DNA of 64,000 bases from Macrostomum hystrix (taxonomy: Eukaryota; Animalia; Platyhelminthes), in NCBI GenBank assembly GCA_950097015.1, contig CATNEN010000001.1, forward strand, positions 14,880,001-14,944,000, written 5' to 3'. The notes beneath the pieces were generated by a model that saw only the letters and a program-made list of their open reading frames with translations, had not been told where the DNA came from and did no database searches. Made by a program: the position numbers and the translations under genes. Each line of letters begins with the position of its first letter. Position 1 is the first letter of the stretch. Of the stretch, positions 1 to 11,242 are shown one piece after another.

Positions 1-12
1 GTTTTTTACAAT

Positions 13-285
13 GCGCCATGCTGTTTCTAAAAGTGCGCCATGCTGTTTCTAATAATGTGCGCCATGCTGTTTCTAATGAACAGTGCCATGCTGTTTCTGA
101 TTAACAACGCCATGCTGTTTTAATTACAAGCGCCATGCTATAAGGAATAGCATGGTACATATAGAAACATAGGCCGCCGAGCTGTTTCTGATAAAGTGCG
201 CCATCCTGTTTCTTTTGACAGTGTCATGCTGTTTTAAATTAACAGCGCCATGCTATAAGGAATAGCATGGTACATATAGGAACAT
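13..285. repeat. Degenerate ~28 bp tandem repeat (core GCGCCATGCTGTTTCT), possibly the subterminal repeats of a DNA transposon
   Basis: About 8 copies of (c/g)ccatgctgtttc, plus two copies of ctataaggaatagcatggtacatatag. Runs off the window start. Confidence 0.6.
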
Positions 286-1191
286 TTGCAAAAATGAAAC
301 CCTAATCTCTTAGAGTTTCTATAGGAGCGAATACTCTAAGTTAGACGCCAATCAGTGGCCGAAAACCTCTCAGCCGGTTCACGGCGACATAGGAGTCTCC
401 AGAAAAGGAACTCAAAATCCAGGCGCATTTTTTAGTCTGCACATCCTTTTGTTATTAATTATGCGATTGCCAGATTGCCAGTTATATTTTGTAGCAAATT
501 ACGTGCACAAAAGAAGAAATGCAAAAAAGTTGCAAAGTTTGATTACTCCTGTCTCCATGCCTGCTGGATCGAATTTTCTCAAATTTGTTTCATTTTAAAG
601 ACCATATTTCGCAATTTCTAAGCTATATTTCACTTTTCCTCTATACCCTTTGCAATTTGCAATCGTGTTTTCACTCATTTAGCCAGATTTGTGACTTAGT
701 TCTGCTTCTGTGAGCTACTCATTGGACTGCCTATTTAGGGCTTCAGATGCAATGACTCTTTGTCGATACTAATTCTGTCCCACTACAAATAAAAAACCAT
801 GGCATTGGCGGTGTCAACTATAGGAAATTTTCTAAAGACAAAAGTTGTTTTCAGAAGCAAAATACTAAAACTTGAACTCGAAGTCCAAGCAAATAAATAT
901 TTGTATGTATGTGACAATGTTTTAGTTGTATCATTATGTTTTATTGTATATACGTTCTGCTCTTATTATAAAAAAAAGTAAAAATATAAAAAATCAAAAA
1001 CGCACCAAAAATATATATTTTGTTAATCTTTGTACCATAATAAAAGTAATACTGTGTGTAAATAATTTTGTTTTATTTTTTATCTTGTAAATAATATTGT
1101 GTAAAATGTTGCCATTAAAACAAAAGTTAATTTTTCTCTGTATATATAGCCGCAAATTTTGACTAAGAAAAATAAAGGGCTGTAAAGGGTA

Positions 1192-1345
1192 GTTTGAAGT
1201 TGAAGTTAAAGTTAAAGTTAAAGTTAAAGTTAGTTAAAGTTAAAGTTAAAGTTAAAGTTGAAGTTGAAGTTGAAGTTGAAGTTGAAGTTGTGAGTTGTGT
1301 GTTAAGTTGTGTAAAGTGTAAAGTGTAAAGTGTTAAGTGTGTGTT
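1192..1345. repeat. Compound microsatellite (GTTAAA)n/(GTTGAA)n/(GTGTAAA)n
   Basis: Directly visible hexamer and heptamer runs. Confidence 0.85.
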
Positions 1346-1611
1346 TTAAAGCAAATTTCGAAGTTTGAAGTGTTACATTGTGTTATTCATTTTAAGAGAA
1401 GATAGTAGTGAGAATTATACTCAGAACCATACTCAGAATTATACTAAGAATATTGCAAAAAGGAAACTGCTAAACTCTAATCTCGGGGACGCCTAATTGA
1501 CTGGAAACGTGTACAGTTGCCTAGTTACCGCTCGTGCAAATACATACGCTACCATTTGAGAAGCTAAAACGGCCCATTTAAGGACCGCCAGTTAAATATC
1601 TTTTAAATTGA

Positions 1612-1735
1612 GTCAACAGCGGTGGGATTTTCTTATAAAAGCCAGTTATTAAGTTAGCCCTGTAACAACTTTGGTGACAGCGGTGGGATAGTTAATTTCC
1701 ACCTGCAACAACTTCGGTGTCAGCGTGTCAGCGAT
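1612..1735 (+). mobile_element. LTR-retrotransposon remnant: LTR-like end followed by a tRNA-Leu primer-binding site, with degenerate copies
   Basis: tgtaaca-act-TGGTGACAGCGGTGGGAT (1672-1689) differs by one base from the complement of the metazoan tRNA-Leu 3' end (TGGTGGCAGCGGTGGGAT, from memory). Partial copies at ~1617 and ~1715. No gag/pol follows. Confidence 0.45.
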
Positions 1736-2920
1736 AGAATAAAAAGTTAAATTTATTAAATAAGGCCCATAACATGTACAAATATGCTTAATCGAGTGAA
1801 GTTCAAACAGCGAATGACTCACCTATCAGTTAAAATCGCCTGAGTTAAGAATAGATAGCTACTCGAAAGCACAATTCCGATAGAAGCAACGCCAAAAGGA
1901 TTCTAGATTTTTTACTAACTTTAAGTACAGATACAGAGTAGATAAAATAGACTCGATCGATATTTTATCAACGTGTTTTATTTGTTACGAAGCCAGTTTA
2001 ATGAGAATTTCGAGAAAAATGTGCGTAATAGTTTACTTAACAGTAGGCATGCAAAAACACATATCGTCTATGAGAAATGCTACTCTAATATGCCACAGAG
2101 TTAGTAATATGCCACCTAAACATATCATCGTAACATCGATGATATTAGGTTGCGCATGATTAATTACGAGCACCAATGTGCTCTATACGTTTAAACTTTA
2201 CAGCAGTGAGTTTACGACTTAAAAGTATTTTATAAGTAAATCAGGCTATTTTAAGTTCGCGACCAGCTTTAACAGCCGTAATAATTTTCGGTCTCCCAAG
2301 CAAATTACTTAATCATTTGTAAGTTATTATTTTAGCCCCCCAAATCCACAAAAAATTTAGTACATTCGTCAAAAATTAGTGCGTTGTTTTTATACAATTC
2401 AATGGTCGTTACTGACGCTAAATATTAATTATTTAGAAAAAGAACCAATCATTCATTAGGTCAATACTTCGGTTCGCAACTTAGGTTGGTGCATTTACAG
2501 AATGTTCCTAGGCGAAGCCTCACTAAGCCTCACTGTTTGGACCGATGCAATTCTGGTGGACCTAAAAAGGGCCGTTTTACTTTATGATTTGCGATTGCAA
2601 CTGTTTTTACTCAATGTTTTTTAAACTTCTTACGATGTTTATAAAAATATATTTTTTACAAAAATTTAATAATATTAATTTTAGGTCATAGAAGACATCT
2701 TTTTTACAATTCTAAAATTTTAAAGGTACACTTCAATACATGCAATCGATTTTTTCGACTAGAGATTACGGAGCTTTGTGAACGCATAGTTTTTTAAATC
2801 GCTTTACCAATTTAATCAGTCCACCTATAACCTCGAATCTTTCTTCAAGCTTTTTTAGGTTAATGCTTTTTATACAGATTTTTGATAGGCAAGGACAGAA
2901 TTTAATCGAATTAAAAGTTT

Positions 2921-4744
2921 TGTAGTGACCTTCTAGAAATTTCTATTCGTACGTTTTCTAGAAAGTTCTGTGTCTAAAAACAATTTCCCATTTACTGTAT
3001 TTCAATATATTTAATTATTAACAAGTATTCGCATTCTGCTGGTAAAACTAGCGATAAATAACTAGCAGTATTTTCTTAACAATCATTTTGTTATAATGCA
3101 TTATATTTTTCTAGAACTTTCCGGAAGATTATCTCAACATTATAAATATGCAGCAGCTCAGCTGGAATCTCTTCACTAACCCCTTTTTCTAGATTCCAAT
3201 AACATTATTCTATAAACCCATTAACCAATTGAACCACCGCCTTGCTCTCGCCTCATTACCGAAAAACCCACTACAACTGGTCCGGTGAGGCGCCGTCAAC
3301 CACTACAACTGGTCCGGTGAGGCGCCGTCAACCACTACAACTGGTCCGGTGAGGCGCCGTCAACCACTACAACTGGTCCGGTGAGGCGCCGTCAACCACT
3401 ACAACTGGTCCGGTGAGGCGCCGTCAACCACTACAACTGGTCCGGTGAGGCGCCGAAGCCCCGCCAGGGGCAGGACAACAAACCAACATGTAAAAATATC
3501 GCCTGAACTTTCGCCCGTCATCATCACCGTCAGCACATCGCATGTACCATCGTCAACAATGCCTCACAATCCACTCAGCAATCATCCGATTCCGCAGCAA
3601 CTCCACAGAAACTCAGGACTCCTTCGACGACCAATCAACCACGCCAACACGGGCTAACAAAGGCCTATCGACCGAGCTTCCTGCACCAATCCAGCATCTC
3701 CAAGAGCCGTCAACCGAAGCAGTTACGACCAACATCACCGGGGAGTCACCATTTCAAAGGCCTAACACGAGGTCAGCCGACAAACCGGTGATCGTCCCGG
3801 CCACACCGTCGCATCACATCCGCAGTTTCCGACCCATCTCATGCGCTCCCTCTATGCTGCCCAGCCGCAGAGCGACTGCCCGCCGTCGTCCCCCGCCGTA
3901 GTCCAGGGAGTCGTCTGTCTGCAACTCGGCAACTTCCGTAGGTCGCACCAGCCCCAGCGCCATCCCGCCATTCTGGAGCAGCACAGAAGGACGCACGAGT
4001 GGACCAGCCGCATTTCCATTCGACACATCTACCGCGAAGCGACATCACCACATTCAGCCAGCAATCTTCACCACGAAACCATCAACATCGACATCCGTCT
4101 CGTGCGCTTCGCCTGGTCCCCTCGGCCGCAGAGCGACAACCCGCCTTTCTCCGGTGCACCTCATCCAGGGTGTCGTCTGTCTGCATCCGGCAGCACCCAG
4201 TTTGGTCCCACGTCCGACAACCCGCCAACCGGGAGACCATGCAGTCGAGGACACGAGTGGATCGATCGCCATCACACCAGACTCCATCGCCGAATCCATT
4301 CGAATTGACAGTAACTTATCCTAAGTACCGCATTTCATCGCATATTTTCAAACCAGAGATACTGTACTTTTCCATAGGGACTCTGTCTTCCGCGGGGGGA
4401 CTGTTGTAGTGACCTTCGAGAAATTTCTATTCGTACGTTTTCTAGAAAGTTCTGTGTCTGAAACAATTTCCCATTTACTGTATTTCAATATATTTAATTA
4501 TTAACAAGTATTCGCATTCTGCTGGTAAAACTAGCGATAAATAACTAGCAGTATTTTCTTAACAATCATTTTGTTATAATGCATTATATTTTTCTAGAAC
4601 TTTCCGGAAGATTATCTCAACATTATAAATATACAGCAGCTCAGCTGGAATCTCTTCACTAACCCCTTTTTCTAGATTCCAATAACATTATTCTATAAAC
4701 CCATTAACCAATTGAACCGAAAAAATACCGAAAAACCAACTACA
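2921..4744 (+). mobile_element. Non-autonomous LTR retrotransposon (TRIM/LARD-like, Gypsy-type ends), 1.8 kb
   Basis: Near-identical LTRs at 2921-3275 and 4405-4744. Termini TGTAGT...ACTACA are a 6 bp inverted repeat. 4 bp TSD gttt (2917-2920 and 4745-4748). TGG-starting PBS 2 nt after the 5' LTR; purine tract gcggggggac before the 3' LTR. The GC-rich interior has no recognisable gag/pol motifs. Confidence 0.92.
3268..3455 (+). repeat. 32 bp tandem array of LTR end + PBS (ccactaca-actggtccggtgaggcgccgtcaa), about 6 copies
   Basis: Five perfect units and one partial unit directly after the 5' LTR. Confidence 0.95.
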
Positions 4745-4800
4745 GTTTAATGTAAAAAAAATTCTTAAAAACAGAGGTTAAAAAATTAAAATAAAACCCT

Positions 4801-6442
4801 ATGTCTAACAGTTTGCATTGAGTATTGTTCCCGTGTCTAACAGTTTGCATTGAGTATTGTTCCCGTGTCTAACAGTTTGCATTGAGTATTGTTCCCGTGT
4901 CTAACAGTTTGCATTGAGTATTGTTCCCGTGTCTAACAGTTTGCATTGAGTATTGTTCCCGAGTCTAACAGTTTGCATTGAGTATTGTTCCCGAGTCTAA
5001 CAGTTTGCATTGAGTATTTTTCCCGTGTCTAACAGTTTGCACTGAGTATTTTTCCCGTGTCTAACAGTTTGCATTGAGTATTGTTCCCGTGTCTAACAGT
5101 TTGCATTGAGTATTGTTCCCGTGTCTAACAGTTTGCATTGAGTATTGTTCCCGAGTCTAACAGTTTGCATTGAGTATTTTTCCCGTGTCTAACAGTTTGC
5201 ATTGAGTATTGTTCCCGTGTCTAACAGTTTGCATTGAGTATTTTTCCCGTGTCTAACAGTTTGCACTGAGTATTTTTCCCGTGTCTAACAGTTTGCATTG
5301 AGTATTGTTTCCGAGTCTAACAGTTTGCACTGAGTAGTTTTCCCGTGTCTAACAGTTTGCATTGAGTATTGTTCCCGAGTCTAACAGTTTGCATTGAGTA
5401 TTGTTCCCGAGTCTAACAGTTTGCACTGAGTATTTTTCCCGTGTCTAGCAGTTTGCATTGAGTATTGTTCCCGTGTCTAACAGTTTGCATTGAGTATTGT
5501 TCCCGTGTCTAACAGTTTGCACTGAGTATTTTTCCCGTGTCTAACAGTTTGCATTGAGTATTGTTCCCGTGTCTAACAGTTTGCATTGAGTATTGTTTCC
5601 GAGTCTAACAGTTTGCACTGAGTATTTTTCCCGTGTCTAACAGTTTGCATTGAGTATTGTTCCCGTGTCTAACAGTTTGCATCGAGTATTTTTCCCGTGT
5701 CTAACAGTTTGCACTGAGTATTTTTCCCGTGTCTAACAGTTTGCATTGAGTATTTTTCCCGTGTCTAACAGTTTGCATTGAGTATTGTTCCCGTGTCTAA
5801 CAGTTTGCATTGAGTATTGTTCCCGTGTCTAACAGTTTGCACTGAGTATTTTTCCCGTGTCTAACAGTTTGCATTGAGTATTTTTCCCGTGTCTAACAGT
5901 TTGCACTGAGTATTGTTCCCGTGTCTAACAGTTTGCATTGAGTATTGTTCCCGTGTCTAACAGTTTGCATTGAGTATTTTTCCCGTGTCTAACAGTTTGC
6001 ATTGAGTATTTTTCCCGTGTCTAACAGTTTGCACTGAGTATTTTTCCCGTGTCTAACAGTTTGCATTGAGTATTGTTCCCGTGTCTAACAGTTTGCATTG
6101 AGTATTTTTCCCGTGTCTAACAGTTTGCATTGAGTATTGTTCCCGTGTCTAACAGTTTGCATTGAGTATTTTTCCCGTGTCTAACAGTTTGCATTGAGTA
6201 TTTTTCCCGTGTCTAACAGTTTGCATTGAGTATTGTTCCCGAGTCTAACAGTTTGCATTGAGTATTTTTCCCGTGTCTAACAGTTTGCATTGAGTATTGT
6301 TCCCGTGTCTAACAGTTTGCATTGAGTATTGTTCCCGTGTCTAACAGTTTGCATTGAGTATTGTTCCCGTGTCTAACAGTTTGCACTGAGTATTGTTCCC
6401 GTGTCTAACAGTTTGCATTGAGTATTTTTCCCGTGTCTAACA
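4801..6442. repeat. 32 bp minisatellite (gtgtctaacagtttgcattgagtattgttccc), ~51 copies
   Basis: Direct tandem array with few variant positions. Confidence 0.98.
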
Positions 6443-7070
6443 GGCTTGCCGACTTTCAAACCCGGCTGTTGCATAGTCACATATAGCCGGGTAGTCAGCT
6501 AACTTTCGCAATGCTCACTTCGCTGGACTGTTACATTAGCTCGTCTCACTCGCATTCAGGCATATTCTATCAATTGGGCCAGCTTAGGCTCTGAGAGTTT
6601 TCGTCAGACATCAACACATAGCTGAGTTGCCTTAACTTTTTTGTCGGAGACCCTAGTGACAAGAACAACTGAACATTGCTCTTCATAAACCTCAATGGCG
6701 ACTCCACATTGTTTGAAAAAAAATAATTCATTTTAATCCAAAAGAGTTAACAATAATAGCTGAACATGACTACAGCATGAATTTTGCGAGCAGAAAAATT
6801 TTCTGCGGAAAATTTTTGCCCGTTTTCCGCATTTTCAAGGAGACTGAGTGAATATCTTAGGAATTACCGCGTGGTGTTTCTTTCTACAGCTAAAAAAACA
6901 AGAACTTGTTTAGTTGATAAATAATTTTGGGCAAGCCTTGGAGAATAAATGAATATTTGTGCAGAACTTAACGAAGGGAATCATTAAATCACGCTGTAGA
7001 AGTGAACTGGAACAGTGAATTTAGAAGTTCATGGCGATCTTCATCAATTTGAGCATTCAGTCGTTCGTGG

Positions 7071-8170
7071 TCAGGATGAGGCTCTCAGGAAGCTGTGCCG
7101 CAGCAGCTGCGCGGTGTCCGCTCGCTCCTTCGGCTTCATGGCGACGCAGAGGCGATAGAATTCTCGCAGACCGGCTGAGAACTGCTCAGAGATCTGAGGC
7201 ATCTCCCGCTTGTGGAACCTCAGCACTGGGATGCGGTACGCTGGCACATTACCATCCGGAGGCTGCATCTCCGTCATCTCGAACACGGTGCAGCCGAACG
7301 CCCACACGTCAGTCTTGACGGAGAATGGAATTGAGGCGTCCTCACCAAACAGCTCGGGAGCCATGAAGTGACTGGTGCCGCAGGGCATCGTGCTCAGTCC
7401 GCAGCTGCTCGCGATCTCCTTCGCCAGGCCGAAATCGATCAGCTTGATGGCGCCCTCGTGAGTGAGCATAATGTTTGAGCACTTGATGTCTCTATGCAAG
7501 ATGGGGCCCTGGGGCTGGCAGTGGAGGAAGTCGAGTCCTCTGCAGATCTGAAATCGGGCGCGACACAGCACCTGCTTGTTCCGAGTGAGTCAATATTGCA
7601 GTTGATGACTGTCTGCATTAGAAATGATAATCTGCAGCTCATACTTGCCTGTGCTGAGAAGTCCCTGACTCCACGCTCACCGAATGCCTTCCCCTGCCGC
7701 TGCATCAGGTCCCAGAGGCTGTGGCCCGAGACCAGCTCAGTGAAGATGCAGAAGCCCTCCGATGTTTGCTCACACTTCAGGAACTGAACGATGTTGCTGT
7801 GCCTGACGCTCTTTAGAATATCGACGCCCCGTTTCTCCAGCTCCAAGACTCTCTTCATCTTTGTCGAGTTGCCGGTCAGCGGCACAATCTTGACGGCCAC
7901 GGTCTGGTAGCGGTCGGTGAGGGCTTTGAACACCTTGCCGAACGCGCCCTCACCGACCCACTGCCTCTCGCCGCCCTGTAGGAGGAAGCTCCACGAGCTA
8001 AAGCCGGGGTCTAGCGGCTTTGAGACGAGTGAACTTTGAGACAAAGCCTTGCCAGTGCACACATTTGAGTCCCTGAGCTCACATAGTGCTTGTGTCGATG
8101 TTTCCTTGACGTCGAAATCCGCTTGCGTAGCTGAGTCTTTGAGTACACAATGCGTTTCCGCGGAATGCAT
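7071..8170 (-). CDS. Ser/Thr protein kinase, STE group (MAP3K/STE11-like)
   Basis: Exons 8170-7649 and 7547-7071; the frame stays open upstream to ~8380, so the start is uncertain. A GC-AG intron (7648-7548) joins RDFSAQ|ICRGLDFLH. Motifs GEGAFGKV, VAVK, HRDIKCSN, DFG, GTSHFMAPE and DVWAFGC are all intact. Confidence 0.88.
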
Positions 8171-8536
8171 TTCTTTTATGGGCGATGTTCTACTTGTAAC
8201 ATTGCGCGAAAAGAACCTTTGTGTTGAAACGTTCCAATACGCAGGCGATGTGTTCTCGATGTGGCTGAAATCCGCTTGCGCAGCTGAGTCTTTGAGTACG
8301 CACTGCGATCGCGTCCGCGACCTTTGAATGAATGCGTGGTGAAGGTCTTGAAGTTCTTTGTAAAAGTATGCGCCCTTATTCCTTCAGCTCCACTTCCTGC
8401 ACCCTTCAGTTCAATATTCAGCTGTGTTTAAAGGTAGTCATTTAACTTTTAAAAAGTCATTTAGCATCGATGTCCTATTTTAAATGTACGACTTTCAGGA
8501 CTTTGAGACATAGAGGACTTTGAGAGCCTACTGTGC

Positions 8537-8586
8537 CAAGGACTACTAAACAACACAAAATATAGTGTGTTGTTTAGTAGTCCTTG
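8537..8586. mobile_element. 50 bp palindromic micro-MITE (hAT-like), copy 1
   Basis: CAAGGACTACTAAACAACAC...GTGTTGTTTAGTAGTCCTTG is a 20 bp perfect inverted repeat. Flanks tactgtgc / tactgtac match 7/8 as a TSD. Confidence 0.75.
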
Positions 8587-9814
8587 TACTGTACATGTGA
8601 CTCAGTTGCGACTTTTATTAAAGGACCACTTTGTCATGAGCGTGCCCCTTCTTTATCTGACGTCAGTTTCTATTTTTAGAAGCTCACGTGATATATGCAA
8701 CGCTTATCACCGTGCGAGCTCTGTTTCGACTCTATTTATTACATAAAATATATCTTATAAATTAATTTGCTTTTTTACAAACATTAAATACTAGTTTCTT
8801 TATGTTTCCAAGAGGACTATTATTTACTGAAGATATGAATTTATATATATAGATATAGCTTGTATTTGGAGACACAATTCAAAGAGTGCTCACTGAGTGG
8901 AATATATTTCCGTGCTGAGCTGCCTGTAGGTTGCAGGGATGGCGGTGACGGCCGTGACAACTGTGGCTTCTGCTTTCTGCGTAGTCGAGGAAGCGATGTT
9001 TACGTTTGCATTTTTGTTAAACTTCTGCACTGTAAATCTTTAGTATGGCATCTACCAGGAAAATTCTTGTTAAGTTAAGCAAAGCAAGAGAGCAAGGCTG
9101 ATTTCAAGCTGTCACAGGCTGTCACAGGCTGTCACAGTCTGTAAAAAAAACTTCCTAATCGAAATATCGGGATTAAATTTTATTCTTCGGCTGCTTTCGC
9201 CTCGGCTTTCCCGGCTTCTGGTAGCCAGCCAAAATCTCGGGTTAATTTCACTACATCTAGCAACTGAGCTACACTTGCTCAGCCTCCTACTTGTAGTAGC
9301 AAAAGTGTAGAGCGCTGTTATGACCATTTCTTAATTATTATGTTTTCTCACCCTCCAGCCTCTGTCTCAAATGAGCAAATGGTCAATGCTCACATTTTCG
9401 AACAGCCAAGACGAAACTCGAAATATGCGACATAAGAGAGCCTGTCCCAAGTCTAAGACAGAAAATAAATAGAAGTCGCTGCGTGAGAGGGTGCCCCAGT
9501 TCCCTCTTCAGAAACATTCAAGGCAGATTCAGACATAAACTTACTTCATTATTCGCGGTGAGGTAAGTGGTTCGAGTCAAGGTGAGCTCAGAGTGCCGGT
9601 GCCGAGTTCTTATTGGGGCCAGGACGTTATGAATATATTTGTTTTAAGTTAACAAACGAATGCGGAGGGAGGTGGCTGATGGGGTAAACAAGGATGGGTG
9701 GAGAATACATTGAGATAAAAGAGAGACAGGTGGGGTAAGCTTGTTACCAAGGGGTAAGAGAATCGCGAGGGTAGTATTACCTTTCGCACCAAGACTCCAC
9801 GGCGAGGCCACGTT

Positions 9815-10112
9815 AAATTGGGGCGCAGCCGCGGAGAGAAGGCTTGGGGGCTTGTCGTGAGGCTTGAGGCACAACCTCCAAGGCACAGTGAGAGTGTACA
9901 CTGCCTGATGAAGAGAAAGTCAGGGCAGATGTGGCAGGGCAGGCATACGCTCACACATCTGTGTGAGCGTATGCCTGCGTACAGTATCTATGTGCGTGTG
10001 TTCTCAGACGTCAGCGTAATGGGCAGAATTGTATCCTCGCTGGCTGCGGGTCTAGTGTCACCAAAATGATGTGCCATTGCCCACAGCTCTCCTGCAAATA
10101 TTAATATATTAT
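9815..10112 (+). mobile_element. SINE family B copy (5' head diverged or missing)
   Basis: Closely matches the body of the 57863-58216 element: ggggcgcagccg...gcacagtgagagtgtacactgcctga...ggtctagtgtcaccaaa. Confidence 0.8.
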
Positions 10113-10683
10113 AGCTGCTATCTAGGCAGTGTAAATTCTTCTGTGCCATCTCGATAGCATACGTTGCAATGTGTTTCTGCTACTGTCCCGAAACATCAAA
10201 TGTATAGGTTGCTTTGAACTCGTGTGTCAAGTTTTCAATCATAAAATGTGTATTTTATAACAAAATGAGTCTTGTTTTAATCTTTTCTCTGGGAAAATTT
10301 TCTCTTCAGGACTTAATTGCAGGTGCTTAACGTCTCGCAAGTGGTCTCGCTAGCTTTTGGTTTCCGAGTCGGAATTAGGCTGACATGGTTCTTCAGAACT
10401 CTTGAATTGGTCGGCAGATTCCGCGAGTTACTAACTTTAAAGCTGTATTAAAAATTACTGGGTGTCTTATTAGAGTTTTCTATGAGTATCTCGTGTCTTG
10501 TGTCTCGTGTCTCTCTCTGTCTCTGTGGCTAAGTATAATAAACTACGCTCAGAGATAAGTAGGCCATAAATTTGGGCATTGCAGAAAGTTGAACACACCT
10601 TTCGCGACGCTAAAAAGGCTGCAGCTAAGCTTTATACTTTTGCAATATTCTGAGCTCATTTGTCGCACTATAGTCTTGATTAC

Positions 10684-11101
10684 TGTAACAACACGCCTCG
10701 CCCAGGTGAAGAAGCGGTTGAGCAGGGTTGTAACGTACGTGACACGGCCTGTGAGGCAAACGCAAAGGCTGAGAGAACAAGGAGGCTAGCCTGTGCAGGG
10801 GTTGGTTTTGAGTAGACAATGGTGAACAAGAGAGAGGCAACTGAGGCAGAGCGGCTGAGATCTCCGCACCGTTGCAGCAGCTCGGGTTGAATCCTTGATA
10901 CAAAAGTAGGCCGAGAAAATAGAATAAGAAACCCTTTTTCTCCCTTCTCCTCTCCCTTCTCCTCTCCCTTTTTCTGGACCTTCTCCTCTCACTTCTCCCC
11001 TCCATTTCATCTCCTCTTCCCTTTATTTCCTTCGGGGACGTAAACCTTTTATTTAAAACAAGGGGTGTTTTTAGCTATACCGCTTCAATACCGTTGTCAC
11101 A
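10684..11101. mobile_element. Possible solo LTR
   Basis: TGTAACAAC...GTTGTCACA termini (8/9 inverted match), ~420 bp, internal pyrimidine tract. No TSD found. Confidence 0.35.
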
Positions 11102-11191
11102 ACACCGAAAATCATCTCACATTAGAGGTAATAGAGAATTTATCTCCACCCCGTTGCTAAAATAAAAATACGTTTTCAAGCAGCTCTGATT

Positions 11192-11242
11192 CAAGGACTA
11201 CTAACGTAGATATATTTGCTTGCGTTACTTTAGTAGTACTTG
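11192..11242. mobile_element. 51 bp micro-MITE (hAT-like), copy 2
   Basis: TIR CAAGGACTACTAA / TTAGTAGTACTTG (12/13). Perfect 8 bp TSD ctctgatt at 11184-11191 and 11243-11250. Confidence 0.85.

Noticed and set aside
3268-3455. CRISPR-like 32 bp repeats (also the other 23-48 bp arrays)
   Set aside because: Units are directly adjacent with no unique spacers, there are no cas genes, and the context is eukaryotic.
3445-4409. Overlapping ORFs inside the LTR element
   Set aside because: Short, P/S/T/R-rich, no gag, RT or integrase motifs; expected from GC-rich sequence.
8924-9141. Possible MITE bounded by gtgac/gtcac repeats
   Set aside because: Inverted similarity is loose and no TSD was found.
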